From: Candidatus Baldrarchaeota archaeon | GTDB lineage: Archaea; Asgardarchaeota; Baldrarchaeia; Baldrarchaeales; DXJG01 | Reading direction: 5' to 3' | Assembly: GCA_019056805.1 (NCBI GenBank) | Contig: DXJG01000007.1 | Span: 30,001-62,000, forward strand | DNA: 32,000 nt | Program-made: the position numbers and the translations under genes | Shown here: positions 12,501 to 20,953 of the stretch, piece after piece | Layout of the letters: each line of letters starts with the position of its first letter | Numbering within the stretch: position 1 is the first letter of the stretch | The notes under the pieces: generated by a model | What the model was told of the DNA's origin: nothing | Seen by the model: the letters and a program-made list of their open reading frames with translations, nothing else | The model's database searches: none

Positions 12501-14433
12501 CACTGAAAGCGATATACTGGGAATTCTTGAGTTGGATGGAAGTGTTTTGCAAACAAGTAGCTTTACTTCACATGGAAATGGTATATACAGCCTTACTGTT
12601 AGTGCAACGAACATGCCTTTAGGATACTACAATCTCTCTGTGATTATAGATGATCCCTATTATGGTACTTTCACGTTCAGTGAAAATCTTACGGTTACGG
12701 GTCAAATAGATGGCGTACTTATAAGCCCAGATAAAGTTCCACAAGGCGGATTTGCACTACTAAATGTAACTCTATCAGATCAATATGGGTATCCTGTAAC
12801 AAACGCGATCGTCAACATTACTTTCAATGGGCAGGTTTACACACCCGATAAAATCATTAGAAACATGTATCTCTTCAAGATATCAACAGAGAATTTGTCT
12901 GTTGGACTATATACCATTATGGTTACGGCGGATCATGAATTAACGCCGCCGATACAAATAAATTCTACTATTAGTTTAACGGGGATTCCCCATGTTTCAG
13001 TTAGGGGAAACGGAATTACAGAGCCTCCTGTAATTCAAGGGACAGCATTCGATGTAGCTTTGGATTTGTATGATGAATACAATTATACAATTGATGGTGC
13101 AACTATAATTGCATATTTCTTTGGAAAGCCGTACACATTTACGGACTTAGGAAATGGAACTTATATTGCTAATGTACCCACGGAAAATGTACCAGGAGGT
13201 ATACACTCTCTCTTAATAGAAGTGAATCATGATTACCTTGAAAGACAAGTGTTTAGGGTAAATGTAACTGTTATAGGTAACATAAACCTAGAGGTGACTA
13301 TTTCCCCGGATTACATTGAACAAGAGTCTACGATGGAAGTTAGAATAGTGGCTGTTGATGACTTTGGGTATCCGATAATAGGTGCAAATGTTAGAATTCT
13401 ATTTGCAAATGAAACTTACACTGCTGAGAACATAAGGGACAATATATATGTCGCAACAATAAATGTAGGAAAAATATACCATGGTGAATACCCACTTACA
13501 ATAGAGGTTAACGGACAATTCTACACGACAAAGATTGCAGTGGAGACAGTATATGTTTATCCGAAGATACCAAAACTTGATTTATCACCACAAACATTAA
13601 TGACATTACTGGGAATTTCAATGGGTGTTTCGTTCGTAGGTTTATCATTATACTATGGCATTTCATCAAAATTGACTAGGAGTCTTTCAGTAGATGAAAG
13701 ACAAAGACTACTTATGAGTTTCAAACCCTTAGACCTTACCTACTTTGCACTTGCCCTACTTCTGTTCGGTACGCTTGGAACTGCAGGCTATCTTTACATA
13801 AAAGAATTCTACGAGTTAGCTGTGGCAGTTCTAGGGCTGGCATTAATGGAATTGTTATTAGTATATGGTATATGGCTTTACAGAGACGCTGCATATACAC
13901 TAGTTACTGAGAAAATGTCTATTAAACGGGCTGTTGCAAGTTTATGGCACATAGTTTTAGCACCAATGATAGTACTAGGGATATTTGAATGGGGAGCGAA
14001 CATCGAATGGTTTGCATACTATCTTCTTGGAGAAACAATAAACCTTGGTGTAATAGAGTTACCGTCACTGTACGTCAGTCTATTAGGTACTTACATTACT
14101 TCAATAATAGTTTTAGTTGCAAACATTTACCTTAATTCGAGAAGACTGAAGAACAGATTCCGTGAAATGAGAGTGGGTGGAACACCGGAAAAGGTAATAA
14201 ACGAAGAGAAGATTATACAGCTTGGTAAAATGTCTAGTTCGATTAGAATTAAGTTCTTCGGTTTCCTTGTAATTCTCGGTGCAAGCTTAGTTTCAACGAC
14301 ACCGCTGCTACAGTACTATCAGTTAGGCGTTGTTGTAGTTCTTCCACTGATTTTCATAGTAGTAATTCCATATATAGTTTCTAAGATTCTAGGTGCACTA
14401 GGATTTACAAAGAGAACTATAGAAAGAGGATAG
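9577..14433 (+). CDS. large surface protein: signal peptide, two clusters of FG-GAP/VCBS-like repeats, Ig-like repeats and a C-terminal multi-pass (~7 TM) domain
   Basis: The signal peptide MKRTICILIILVMTLAA starts at ATG 9577 (track start 9517). Repeats include GNFTGDDMPEV, VDLDLNGYSDTV, ADLDDDKTNEVI, GKLDGDQYDDVVIG, GDVDGDGYEDLVF and DHFDEDNYKDLI. Ig-like units are of the 'D.YG.PV..A.V' type. The C-terminal ~280 aa are hydrophobic. Confidence 0.75.
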   Translation: MKRTICILIILVMTLAAIMDIVAMPEIDSGSQIITADRKVSSNLEDDVIMLSKNQPLENLTAERFSIISSFHRALGNFTGDDMPEVASIAYIDGRIHFYDLVNRQTYAINNDTAGPQAWNGLIIARGNFDPDPWDEVITINKTGIITIIDGNATTIKRIDLNITEDISNVMFFEVVDLDLNGYSDTVMLLRTNTSKEIFTIVNGTPSATEVVPTNLTLSLALDVTIGNFAANDGLELAIVYSDYTVTVYNYTFQRLVNSTIPNVCRIATISNASWHYDALIALLLTTPKNVTIYNATTLTPLGYSTLVDFYLNVKPKAADLDDDKTNEVIIPTADGFAIFDLNTNNITKTAILFTNSPTYLITSKITRDQTYDFVIGNNEVLFMFKGVKGSVAKPRILRKISEPSYIQTCEVWQYDTGLPDLFVLTDLTDFSLYVYRSDSSAPRLSDLKVYPTRPTVDDSYVSISAKIIDEGVFDNPVLVYNITTVSGTLLEQGEVLMVSESYMSDTYLVYLSDLKAGTYTFKIIVTDSYDNRAIYDNNGSLYTFNVYSKLLFRTTLQTVTLTAPTITSDHPMDLGKLDGDQYDDVVIGVSDHAEIIWGNHSVTILDTWADVDNVEVYVANLLAGSNDDILVYYYNVTSSQYQINIYDGFSLEVSKRYTFTSEVQNFAFGDVDGDGYEDLVFSLDVNTTHDKLIVMNTVTSVTLLEKEIINTLYVGVFNLTEDQYMDVIAVSFDSSTKILNLTAYAGEQNLNMIYFFNQSFPSDEDVYEVVVFVDNFITTEYLQVALATGLSGHDKIFLLNASNGYYLKEREIPYITGLTPVDYGFDGIKEISLILYDNSLIIVSLANESFSFKKDSLLPETPISTFWDHFDEDNYKDLIYVLSDEIAVYSIAEDRFEVVQYPFRMIHSASIGKFFELPSKDICFLTYDLIFEKYININMFYRPNITLSLSNNIVAQGESTEVIVEIRNVFGDPVTESDILGILELDGSVLQTSSFTSHGNGIYSLTVSATNMPLGYYNLSVIIDDPYYGTFTFSENLTVTGQIDGVLISPDKVPQGGFALLNVTLSDQYGYPVTNAIVNITFNGQVYTPDKIIRNMYLFKISTENLSVGLYTIMVTADHELTPPIQINSTISLTGIPHVSVRGNGITEPPVIQGTAFDVALDLYDEYNYTIDGATIIAYFFGKPYTFTDLGNGTYIANVPTENVPGGIHSLLIEVNHDYLERQVFRVNVTVIGNINLEVTISPDYIEQESTMEVRIVAVDDFGYPIIGANVRILFANETYTAENIRDNIYVATINVGKIYHGEYPLTIEVNGQFYTTKIAVETVYVYPKIPKLDLSPQTLMTLLGISMGVSFVGLSLYYGISSKLTRSLSVDERQRLLMSFKPLDLTYFALALLLFGTLGTAGYLYIKEFYELAVAVLGLALMELLLVYGIWLYRDAAYTLVTEKMSIKRAVASLWHIVLAPMIVLGIFEWGANIEWFAYYLLGETINLGVIELPSLYVSLLGTYITSIIVLVANIYLNSRRLKNRFREMRVGGTPEKVINEEKIIQLGKMSSSIRIKFFGFLVILGASLVSTTPLLQYYQLGVVVVLPLIFIVVIPYIVSKILGALGFTKRTIERG

Positions 14434-14454
14434 AGACTCCTCAAACCTAACTTT

Positions 14455-15147
14455 TTATTTTTGTTTTAGTGTTTTTACTGCTAGTTCTGGGTTGTTTGTT
14501 ACAATACAATCGACTTTCATATTTGCAAATTTAATCATATCACTTGGATTATCGACCGTCCAAACTGCGATTTTTAAACCATTTTCATGCACTTTATCTA
14601 CAATTTCAGGTGTTACAAGGGTATATTTTGGAACCACAAAATCTATTCTTAAAGTAGTCGCTATCTTCAGCATATTTCCTCTAAATTTTCCACCAAAAAT
14701 TGCTCCTACCAAAATTCTTGAATTTAACTTCTTAACTTTCTTTACAATTTCAAAGTTAAAGGATGTTATAATTGAATCATTAATTATTTTCTTTTCCTCT
14801 AGCGCTTCAATCACTTTATTTTCAAAACCTTCTTCTTTAATTTCAACTATAATTTTCCCTTTCATTTCTTTAACTACTTCCAAGGCTTCTTCTAGAGTAG
14901 ATATTCTTTCCCCCTTCCCAAAATCCAGTTTCTTAAGTTGATTAAGTGTCATTTCACGTACATACCCGTGACCATTAGAAGTTCTGTCAACAGTTTCATC
15001 GTGAATGACCACTGGCACGTTGTCTTCTGTTAATCTTACATCTATCTCTACAGCGTCTGCTCCAACCTTGAAAGCTCTAATAATGCCTCTAAGCGTATTT
15101 TCAGGTTCATGTACAGGATCACCTCTATGACCCACAATAAAAACCAT
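14455..15147 (-). CDS. glycerophosphodiester phosphodiesterase (UgpQ/GlpQ family)
   Basis: IVGHRG, PENTL, VEIDV, VIHDETVDRT, EIKE, WTVD and IVTNNP motifs. The start is placed at MVFIVGHRG. Confidence 0.92.
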   Translation of the reverse strand: MVFIVGHRGDPVHEPENTLRGIIRAFKVGADAVEIDVRLTEDNVPVVIHDETVDRTSNGHGYVREMTLNQLKKLDFGKGERISTLEEALEVVKEMKGKIIVEIKEEGFENKVIEALEEKKIINDSIITSFNFEIVKKVKKLNSRILVGAIFGGKFRGNMLKIATTLRIDFVVPKYTLVTPEIVDKVHENGLKIAVWTVDNPSDMIKFANMKVDCIVTNNPELAVKTLKQK

Positions 15148-15191
15148 TGTGAAAACCTCAGTTTTATTATATTTCAACGAGAAATATTAAA

Positions 15192-15650
15192 CTATTCTAG
15201 TAGTTTTCTGATAGGGTCTTTTGGATCGAATTTTGTGGTTTCGTAGACCATTAGGGTTTCTGTTTTCTTAACTGCAGGTAAGCTTTGAATTCTTCTTAAT
15301 ACGCCTCTTAGCTCATCTATGTTTCTTACTACAACTTCCACTATTATATCAAATCTCCCTAAAAGATAGTGAATTTGAGATATTTCTTTGAAAGTTTTAA
15401 TTATTTTATCGGTTTCCTTTCTAAACTCTGTTTGCGGCTCTGCAATGATAAGAATGTATGCCTTTATCTTAAGACCTATAACGTTAGGATCTATGTCAAT
15501 TGTGAATTTAATACCCTTTTTTCTTAACTCTTTAATCCTAGCATAGATACTTTGCCTTGTCATTCCACATTTCTTAGCTAATTCGGTGATTGGTTGTCTG
15601 CCATCTTTTAACAATTCCCTTAGTAGCAATTTATCTTTCTCATCAAACAT
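15192..15650 (-). CDS. Lrp/AsnC family transcriptional regulator
   Basis: DEKDKLLLRELLKDGRQPITELAKKCGMTRQSIYARIKEL HTH, and a C-terminal RAM/ACT-like domain with LLGRFDIIVEV. Confidence 0.92.
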   Translation of the reverse strand: MFDEKDKLLLRELLKDGRQPITELAKKCGMTRQSIYARIKELRKKGIKFTIDIDPNVIGLKIKAYILIIAEPQTEFRKETDKIIKTFKEISQIHYLLGRFDIIVEVVVRNIDELRGVLRRIQSLPAVKKTETLMVYETTKFDPKDPIRKLLE

Positions 15651-16045
15651 GTTAAAACATTGACACACAACTTATATTTTAAGTTTACCATATTGCAATA
15701 TAGAACGTATTTTTTTGGACAAAATGTCTAATTTTTGGGGACAATTCTTTTATTATTGTTTTGCCAAGAATAAGAGGGTTTTCCATGATGGGAGATGGAT
15801 TGGGCACCTATATTACAAAACAAAAATCAGAAATAAAGAATAATTCATTTAAAATTGGGAAAACCAAGATCACTTCAGACCCTTTCTTTTTAAAGAATAA
15901 AGGCGGGGAAAAAACGAAAGGAGATAGAGTATCTATAATTGCTGAAATAAGCTGGGTAAAACAGGAAAGCAAAGTTCTCATTTGGAGATTTCACAAAGAG
16001 AATTCTAATTTTGTAGTTTAAAAATTTTAAAGAAATTTTAACTGG

Positions 16046-17944
16046 GTGCTTCAGATGATAGATTTAAAAGAGAGATTTGTGAGAAATAGTTTCAAAAAAC
16101 TCATGAAAATAAACAATCCATATCTTCATTCCTTTGTAGAAAAATATGTAAGACTTTGTAACCCTGATAGAATCTTTGTAAATTCAGGTACTTCCGAAGA
16201 TTTGAAATACATCAGAGAGGCAGCGATTAAATATGGAGAGGAAATAAAACTCAAGGTAGAAGGACATACAGTTCATTTTGATGGTTATTACGACCAAGCA
16301 AGAGATAGAGAAAATACCAAAATTCTTCTACAAAAAGGGGCTAATTATGGTAAACATATCAACTGGATAGATAAGGAAAAAGGACTTAAAGAGATTCATG
16401 AAATTTTAAAAGATATTATGAAGGGAAAAGAACTTTTTATATGTTTTTACACTTTAGGTCCTGTAAATTCAGAATTTACAATTCCATGCGTGCAGTTAAC
16501 TGATTCAGCTTATGTTGCTCATTCAGAAAACATTCTTTTTAGGCAAGGCTACGAAGAATTTTTAAGAAGAGGCCCTGATCCTTCCTTTTTCAAGTTTGTT
16601 CATAGCGCTGGAAAACTTGACGAAAGGAAAAACTCTAAAAACATAGATAAAAGAAGAATTTACATTGATCTTGAAAATGAAGTGGTTTACAGTGTAAATA
16701 CCCAGTATGGAGGAAACACTATAGGTCCGAAGAAGCTTGCACTTAGACTTGCAATAAATAGGGCTTCAAAAGAAGGTTGGCTTGCAGAACATATGTTTAT
16801 AGTTGGAATAAGTGGTCCTGGTGGAAGAGTCACCTACTTTGCTGGTGCTTTTCCATCTCTCTGCGGGAAAACGTCCACAGTTATGATTCCTGGTGAGAAA
16901 TTGATAGGTGATGATATAGCATTTTTGAGAAAAAGAAATGGGAAAGTTTATGCTGTAAACGCTGAAAAAGGTATTTTCGGAATCATATCGGGCATAAATT
17001 CCAAGGATGATCCCGTAATTTTCAAGGCACTTCATTCTCCTGGGGAAATTATATTTTCCAATGTTCTTGTAACTGAAAATGGAGAGGTTTACTGGGATGG
17101 TAAAGACGCTCCAATGCCAGAAAGAGGGATAAACCATTCAGGAGAATGGTACAAGGGCAAAAAAGACGCTGAAGGAAAAATAATTCCTCCCGCCCATCCT
17201 AATGCAAGGTTTACATTGAGCCTTGATCTGCTTGAGAATTTCGATCCTAGGTTAAATGATCCTATAGGAGTTGAAATACGGGGAATTATCTATGGAGGAA
17301 GAGATTCGGACACTTGTGTTCCCGTAGAACAGTCTTTTAACTGGGTTCATGGAGTAATTACAAAAGGTGCTTCTCTTGAATCAGAGACAACCGCCGCAAC
17401 CCTTGGAAAAGTGGGAGAAAGAAAACTTAATCCGATGGCAAACCTTGATTTTCTTCCCATAAGTATAGGTAGATATGTGGAGATGTACTTAGAATTTGGT
17501 AAAGATCTTGAAAATCTGCCTCTAATTTTTTCAGTAAATTACTTTCTCAAAGACAAAGATGGCAAGTTTCTTACTGAGAAAACTGATAAGAGAGTTTGGC
17601 TTAAGTGGATGGAATTGAGAGTCCATAATGAAGTAGATGCAATAAAAACCCCCACTGGATATATTCCCACATACGAAGATTTAAAAAGACTTTTTAAAGA
17701 AGTTTTAAACAAGGATTATAGGGAAGAAGATTATATAAAACAATTCACATTAAGGATTCCTGAAAATCTTGCAAAAATAGATAGAATACTTAAGATATAT
17801 GGAAATATACCTGGGACTCCTGATATAATCTTTCATGTTCTTGAAAAGCAGAAAGAAAGACTTTTAAAGACAAAAGAGAGATTAGGAGAATATGTCTCAC
17901 CTTTCGACTTTCCTCTAACTACAAGATGTCATGTATCTTGTTAA
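16046..17944 (+). CDS. pckG: phosphoenolpyruvate carboxykinase (GTP)
   Basis: YGGNTIGPKKLALR, WLAEHM, GAFPSLCGKT kinase-1a, IGDDIA, AHPNARF and YGGRDS motifs. Confidence 0.95.
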   Translation: MLQMIDLKERFVRNSFKKLMKINNPYLHSFVEKYVRLCNPDRIFVNSGTSEDLKYIREAAIKYGEEIKLKVEGHTVHFDGYYDQARDRENTKILLQKGANYGKHINWIDKEKGLKEIHEILKDIMKGKELFICFYTLGPVNSEFTIPCVQLTDSAYVAHSENILFRQGYEEFLRRGPDPSFFKFVHSAGKLDERKNSKNIDKRRIYIDLENEVVYSVNTQYGGNTIGPKKLALRLAINRASKEGWLAEHMFIVGISGPGGRVTYFAGAFPSLCGKTSTVMIPGEKLIGDDIAFLRKRNGKVYAVNAEKGIFGIISGINSKDDPVIFKALHSPGEIIFSNVLVTENGEVYWDGKDAPMPERGINHSGEWYKGKKDAEGKIIPPAHPNARFTLSLDLLENFDPRLNDPIGVEIRGIIYGGRDSDTCVPVEQSFNWVHGVITKGASLESETTAATLGKVGERKLNPMANLDFLPISIGRYVEMYLEFGKDLENLPLIFSVNYFLKDKDGKFLTEKTDKRVWLKWMELRVHNEVDAIKTPTGYIPTYEDLKRLFKEVLNKDYREEDYIKQFTLRIPENLAKIDRILKIYGNIPGTPDIIFHVLEKQKERLLKTKERLGEYVSPFDFPLTTRCHVSC

Positions 17945-18101
17945 ATACGGTGTTAAAACAACAGGGCAAATTCGTAGAATAGTATTAATAGCACTTAAAC
18001 AAGTTTAATAACCCGCTTTTTGAGACGTTTCAAAATATGATATGAAAACTAAAAAACCACAACTTTAAGTAAAATTAAAGCTAAATTCAAGGGGAACAAT
18101 T

Positions 18102-18413
18102 TTGAAAAGACAAAAAAGTTCTAAGGAACTTTATAAGCTTGCTATACGGCTTAGAATTCCCAGAGATATCCTTTACAAGGAGACTAAAAGTTTTTTTAAA
18201 GAAAAGGAATATCATTTGGAAAGAGAAAGGTTTCCTACATTTATGCTTTTTAAGGGGGAAGAAGGTATTTGGCAAGTGCGGTTCAGAAAGGAAAGAGAGG
18301 AAACACGAGTGGAGCTTTCGTTTATACCTCAAGTTCCTCGATTAAGAAAGAAGCAACAAGAAAAAATACGTGGGGAACTCGCAGAATATATTACACATAT
18401 CGAAAGTTTATGA
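18102..18413 (+). CDS. hypothetical protein (103 aa, basic)
   Basis: The open frame fills an otherwise empty gap, has a TTG start with GGGGA upstream, and has plausible alternating helix/strand composition. No family was recognised. Confidence 0.5.
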   Translation: MKRQKSSKELYKLAIRLRIPRDILYKETKSFFKEKEYHLERERFPTFMLFKGEEGIWQVRFRKEREETRVELSFIPQVPRLRKKQQEKIRGELAEYITHIESL

Positions 18414-18545
18414 TACCAAATCTATAAACATTTACAATCATTACCAAGATGAGCCTAGATTAGCTGCTCAAATTTTATCGTGTTGACGGAAAAATAAAAA
18501 AATATATGTCCATAAATTGTTTTATCATCATCGGGAGGATCTCAT

Positions 18546-19328
18546 TTGACCGATATCGCAATTTTGACAAAAGATCTAACGAAAATTTTTGGCCATATAA
18601 CTGCCGTGAAAAATTTGAATCTAGAAGTTAAAAAGGGAGAAACTTTTGGTCTTTTAGGTCCTAATGGAGCTGGAAAAACCACAACTGTTAGAATGCTTAA
18701 TGCAATAATAAAACCTACTTCTGGAACAGCCATTGTTGCTGGTTACGATATTCTTAAGCAACCAGATATGGTAAAAAGGAATACAGGGCTTTTACCTGAG
18801 ACTCCTGGTATATATGAGAAGCTTACGGCTAGAGAATTTTTAATTTTTATTGGAAAACTTTATGATGTAGAAAGAGATATTTTGGAGGATCGTGTTGGTG
18901 ATCTACTTAAAATATTTGAATTAGAGAATAGAGCTGACGATTTATTGGAAAGTTATAGTCGTGGTATGAAACAAAAGGTTTTAATTGCAGCTGCGCTTGT
19001 GCATGATCCTTCTATAATATTTTTAGATGAACCGACTGCAACTTTAGATCCCGCTAGTGCTAGAATGGTTAAAGATATGATTAAATTGCTTTCTGAAAAG
19101 GCTGATAAAACGATTTTTCTCTGTACACATATTTTGCCCGTTGCCACAGAGCTTTGTGACAGGGTTGGCATAATTGATAGAGGAGTTTTGCTAGATGTTG
19201 GTACACCCAAGGAGTTAATGGATAAAACAGGTACTGAAAGCTTGGAAGACGCTTTTATAAAACTAACTGGGCGTGAAAGGAAAGAAGCTGCAGAACTTTT
19301 AGAGTGGAGAGAACCATTACATCAGTGA
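18546..19328 (+). CDS. ABC-2-type exporter ATP-binding protein
   Basis: GPNGAGKTT, YSRGMKQK signature, IFLDEPTATLD and CTH. Confidence 0.93.
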   Translation: MTDIAILTKDLTKIFGHITAVKNLNLEVKKGETFGLLGPNGAGKTTTVRMLNAIIKPTSGTAIVAGYDILKQPDMVKRNTGLLPETPGIYEKLTAREFLIFIGKLYDVERDILEDRVGDLLKIFELENRADDLLESYSRGMKQKVLIAAALVHDPSIIFLDEPTATLDPASARMVKDMIKLLSEKADKTIFLCTHILPVATELCDRVGIIDRGVLLDVGTPKELMDKTGTESLEDAFIKLTGRERKEAAELLEWREPLHQ

Positions 19329-19337
19329 GGGATTTTT

Positions 19338-20939
19338 ATGGCTGATTGGAGAGTAATTGCTGAAAATGAGTTAAGATTAATGACGAGTCGTTTTCATAAT
19401 AAAAGAAAACTTCTGATTGCTGTAGTACTTGTACCTACTGCAATATACTTTTACATTATTAATCATTTCCTAGCTCCCTTCTTTTCTTCTCCAGAAGTAA
19501 AAACAATGCTTGAAACATTTCCATCGATACTAGTATGGGTTCTTCATTTTTTATTGTTTTATGCTTTTGTTATGGCGGCTTTTACGCCTCTCTCCGGCAC
19601 TTTACGTGAAGCTACAGCTGAACCTATCGAAGTACTTTTATCAACACCAATAAAGCCTCAACATGTCTTAGTAGGGAGATTTATTGCTAGATCACTTATT
19701 TACATCATGGGAGCAATAATTTTGTTTGCGCCTCTAGATGTTCTGTTTTACATTGTTTATGAGTCTTCTATTTTAGCTCTTATAGTTGTAAATTGTCTTA
19801 TTGCTGTTATGGTAGCTGTTGCTGTATGGATTAGCATATTATCAATTTCAATTATTATGTCTAAATTTGGAAAAACTGAAAGAGGTCGAGATATAGCGAA
19901 AGCTCTTAATTTAATTCTTGCTTTGTTACTCTTCATTTTTCTCTACGGAAGTGGATGGTTTAGTGGCTCTATTTCCCCGGAACAAGCTTCAAGACTCACC
20001 AGAGTTTTGGAATATTTGCCTAGTGGATGGGTTGCAAACATAATATCTGAAATAGTTATAGGAGTTTCGCCAGAGATACCACTATATGTAAATATTGGGG
20101 CATTATCGATCTTTTGTGCCAGTGTATTTTTTATTGGTTACCATGCTGCTGGTCGTTTCTATAGCTTAGAGCCTGTTGAAACTGTAAAAGTCACTGTTAT
20201 AAAGGAAAACTTTGGATATTCTTTTATTAGAAAAATTATTCCTGGTAAACTTGGTGAGTTGACAGTTCTTCACTTTAAGGAATTTGCAAGATATATGGAG
20301 TCTTTGTCAAGGTTTGTTTATGGTTTAGCTATTTCGGTTTTTATACTTTATATGATGGCGATTTCTATGTCAAAAACTTCCCAGGGAATGGATATACTTG
20401 TCTATTCTTTTGTGACCGTTTACTGTGTTCCGTTTATAACCTTGCTTGTGGCAGGAGATATCACTATTAGAGGTAAAGAGAAGCTTTGGATTTTCCGTCA
20501 CGCACCGAGAGGAATATTACTTTTCGTATTAGGAAAGTATATTCAATCGATAATTGTGCAACTTCCAATTGTTATCGCTGTGCCATTAACATTTCATTTT
20601 CTTAATCCTAATCTTCCTATGAAATCTTTGATTGAATTAGCATTAATAGCTTTTACTTTGCTTTTTGGCTGTACAGCGGAGATTATTGGGATTTTCTGTT
20701 TAAATCCTGCCTTTAAAGAAAAGAGTGCAAAATATACAATAAATACGCTGATTTATGTGGCTTTAACCATGTTTGTACCCATGTTCATATTTTTCGGAAT
20801 TGTTGCATCTGGGTCGCCACCGGAACAAGGCTTAGAAAATCTATTAACAATTATTAGATGGGCGCCAGTCGGATTATCGCTACTCTTAGGGTTTACTTTA
20901 ATGTTTCTGGGCATCAAAAATCTCTCACGAATGGAATAG
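19338..20939 (+). CDS. multi-pass membrane protein, probable ABC-2-type permease (two fused half-repeats)
   Basis: About 12 hydrophobic segments. It contains an IEVLLSTPIKPQHVLVGRF EAA-like motif and a second LWIFRHAP...FVLGKY half. It begins 9 nt after the ATPase stop. Confidence 0.78.
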   Translation: MADWRVIAENELRLMTSRFHNKRKLLIAVVLVPTAIYFYIINHFLAPFFSSPEVKTMLETFPSILVWVLHFLLFYAFVMAAFTPLSGTLREATAEPIEVLLSTPIKPQHVLVGRFIARSLIYIMGAIILFAPLDVLFYIVYESSILALIVVNCLIAVMVAVAVWISILSISIIMSKFGKTERGRDIAKALNLILALLLFIFLYGSGWFSGSISPEQASRLTRVLEYLPSGWVANIISEIVIGVSPEIPLYVNIGALSIFCASVFFIGYHAAGRFYSLEPVETVKVTVIKENFGYSFIRKIIPGKLGELTVLHFKEFARYMESLSRFVYGLAISVFILYMMAISMSKTSQGMDILVYSFVTVYCVPFITLLVAGDITIRGKEKLWIFRHAPRGILLFVLGKYIQSIIVQLPIVIAVPLTFHFLNPNLPMKSLIELALIAFTLLFGCTAEIIGIFCLNPAFKEKSAKYTINTLIYVALTMFVPMFIFFGIVASGSPPEQGLENLLTIIRWAPVGLSLLLGFTLMFLGIKNLSRME

Positions 20940-20953
20940 TAAAATTTTATGTT

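Noticed and set aside
13590-14433. Calling the ~7-TM domain a GPCR or rhodopsin, or the whole protein an integrin
   Set aside because: No GPCR or retinal-binding motifs were seen. FG-GAP-like repeats are widespread in prokaryotes, so the similarity is architectural only.
15761-16021. 86-aa plus-strand ORF upstream of pckG
   Set aside because: It has no recognisable motif and a weak start. It could be a leader or decayed gene, but I cannot support a call.
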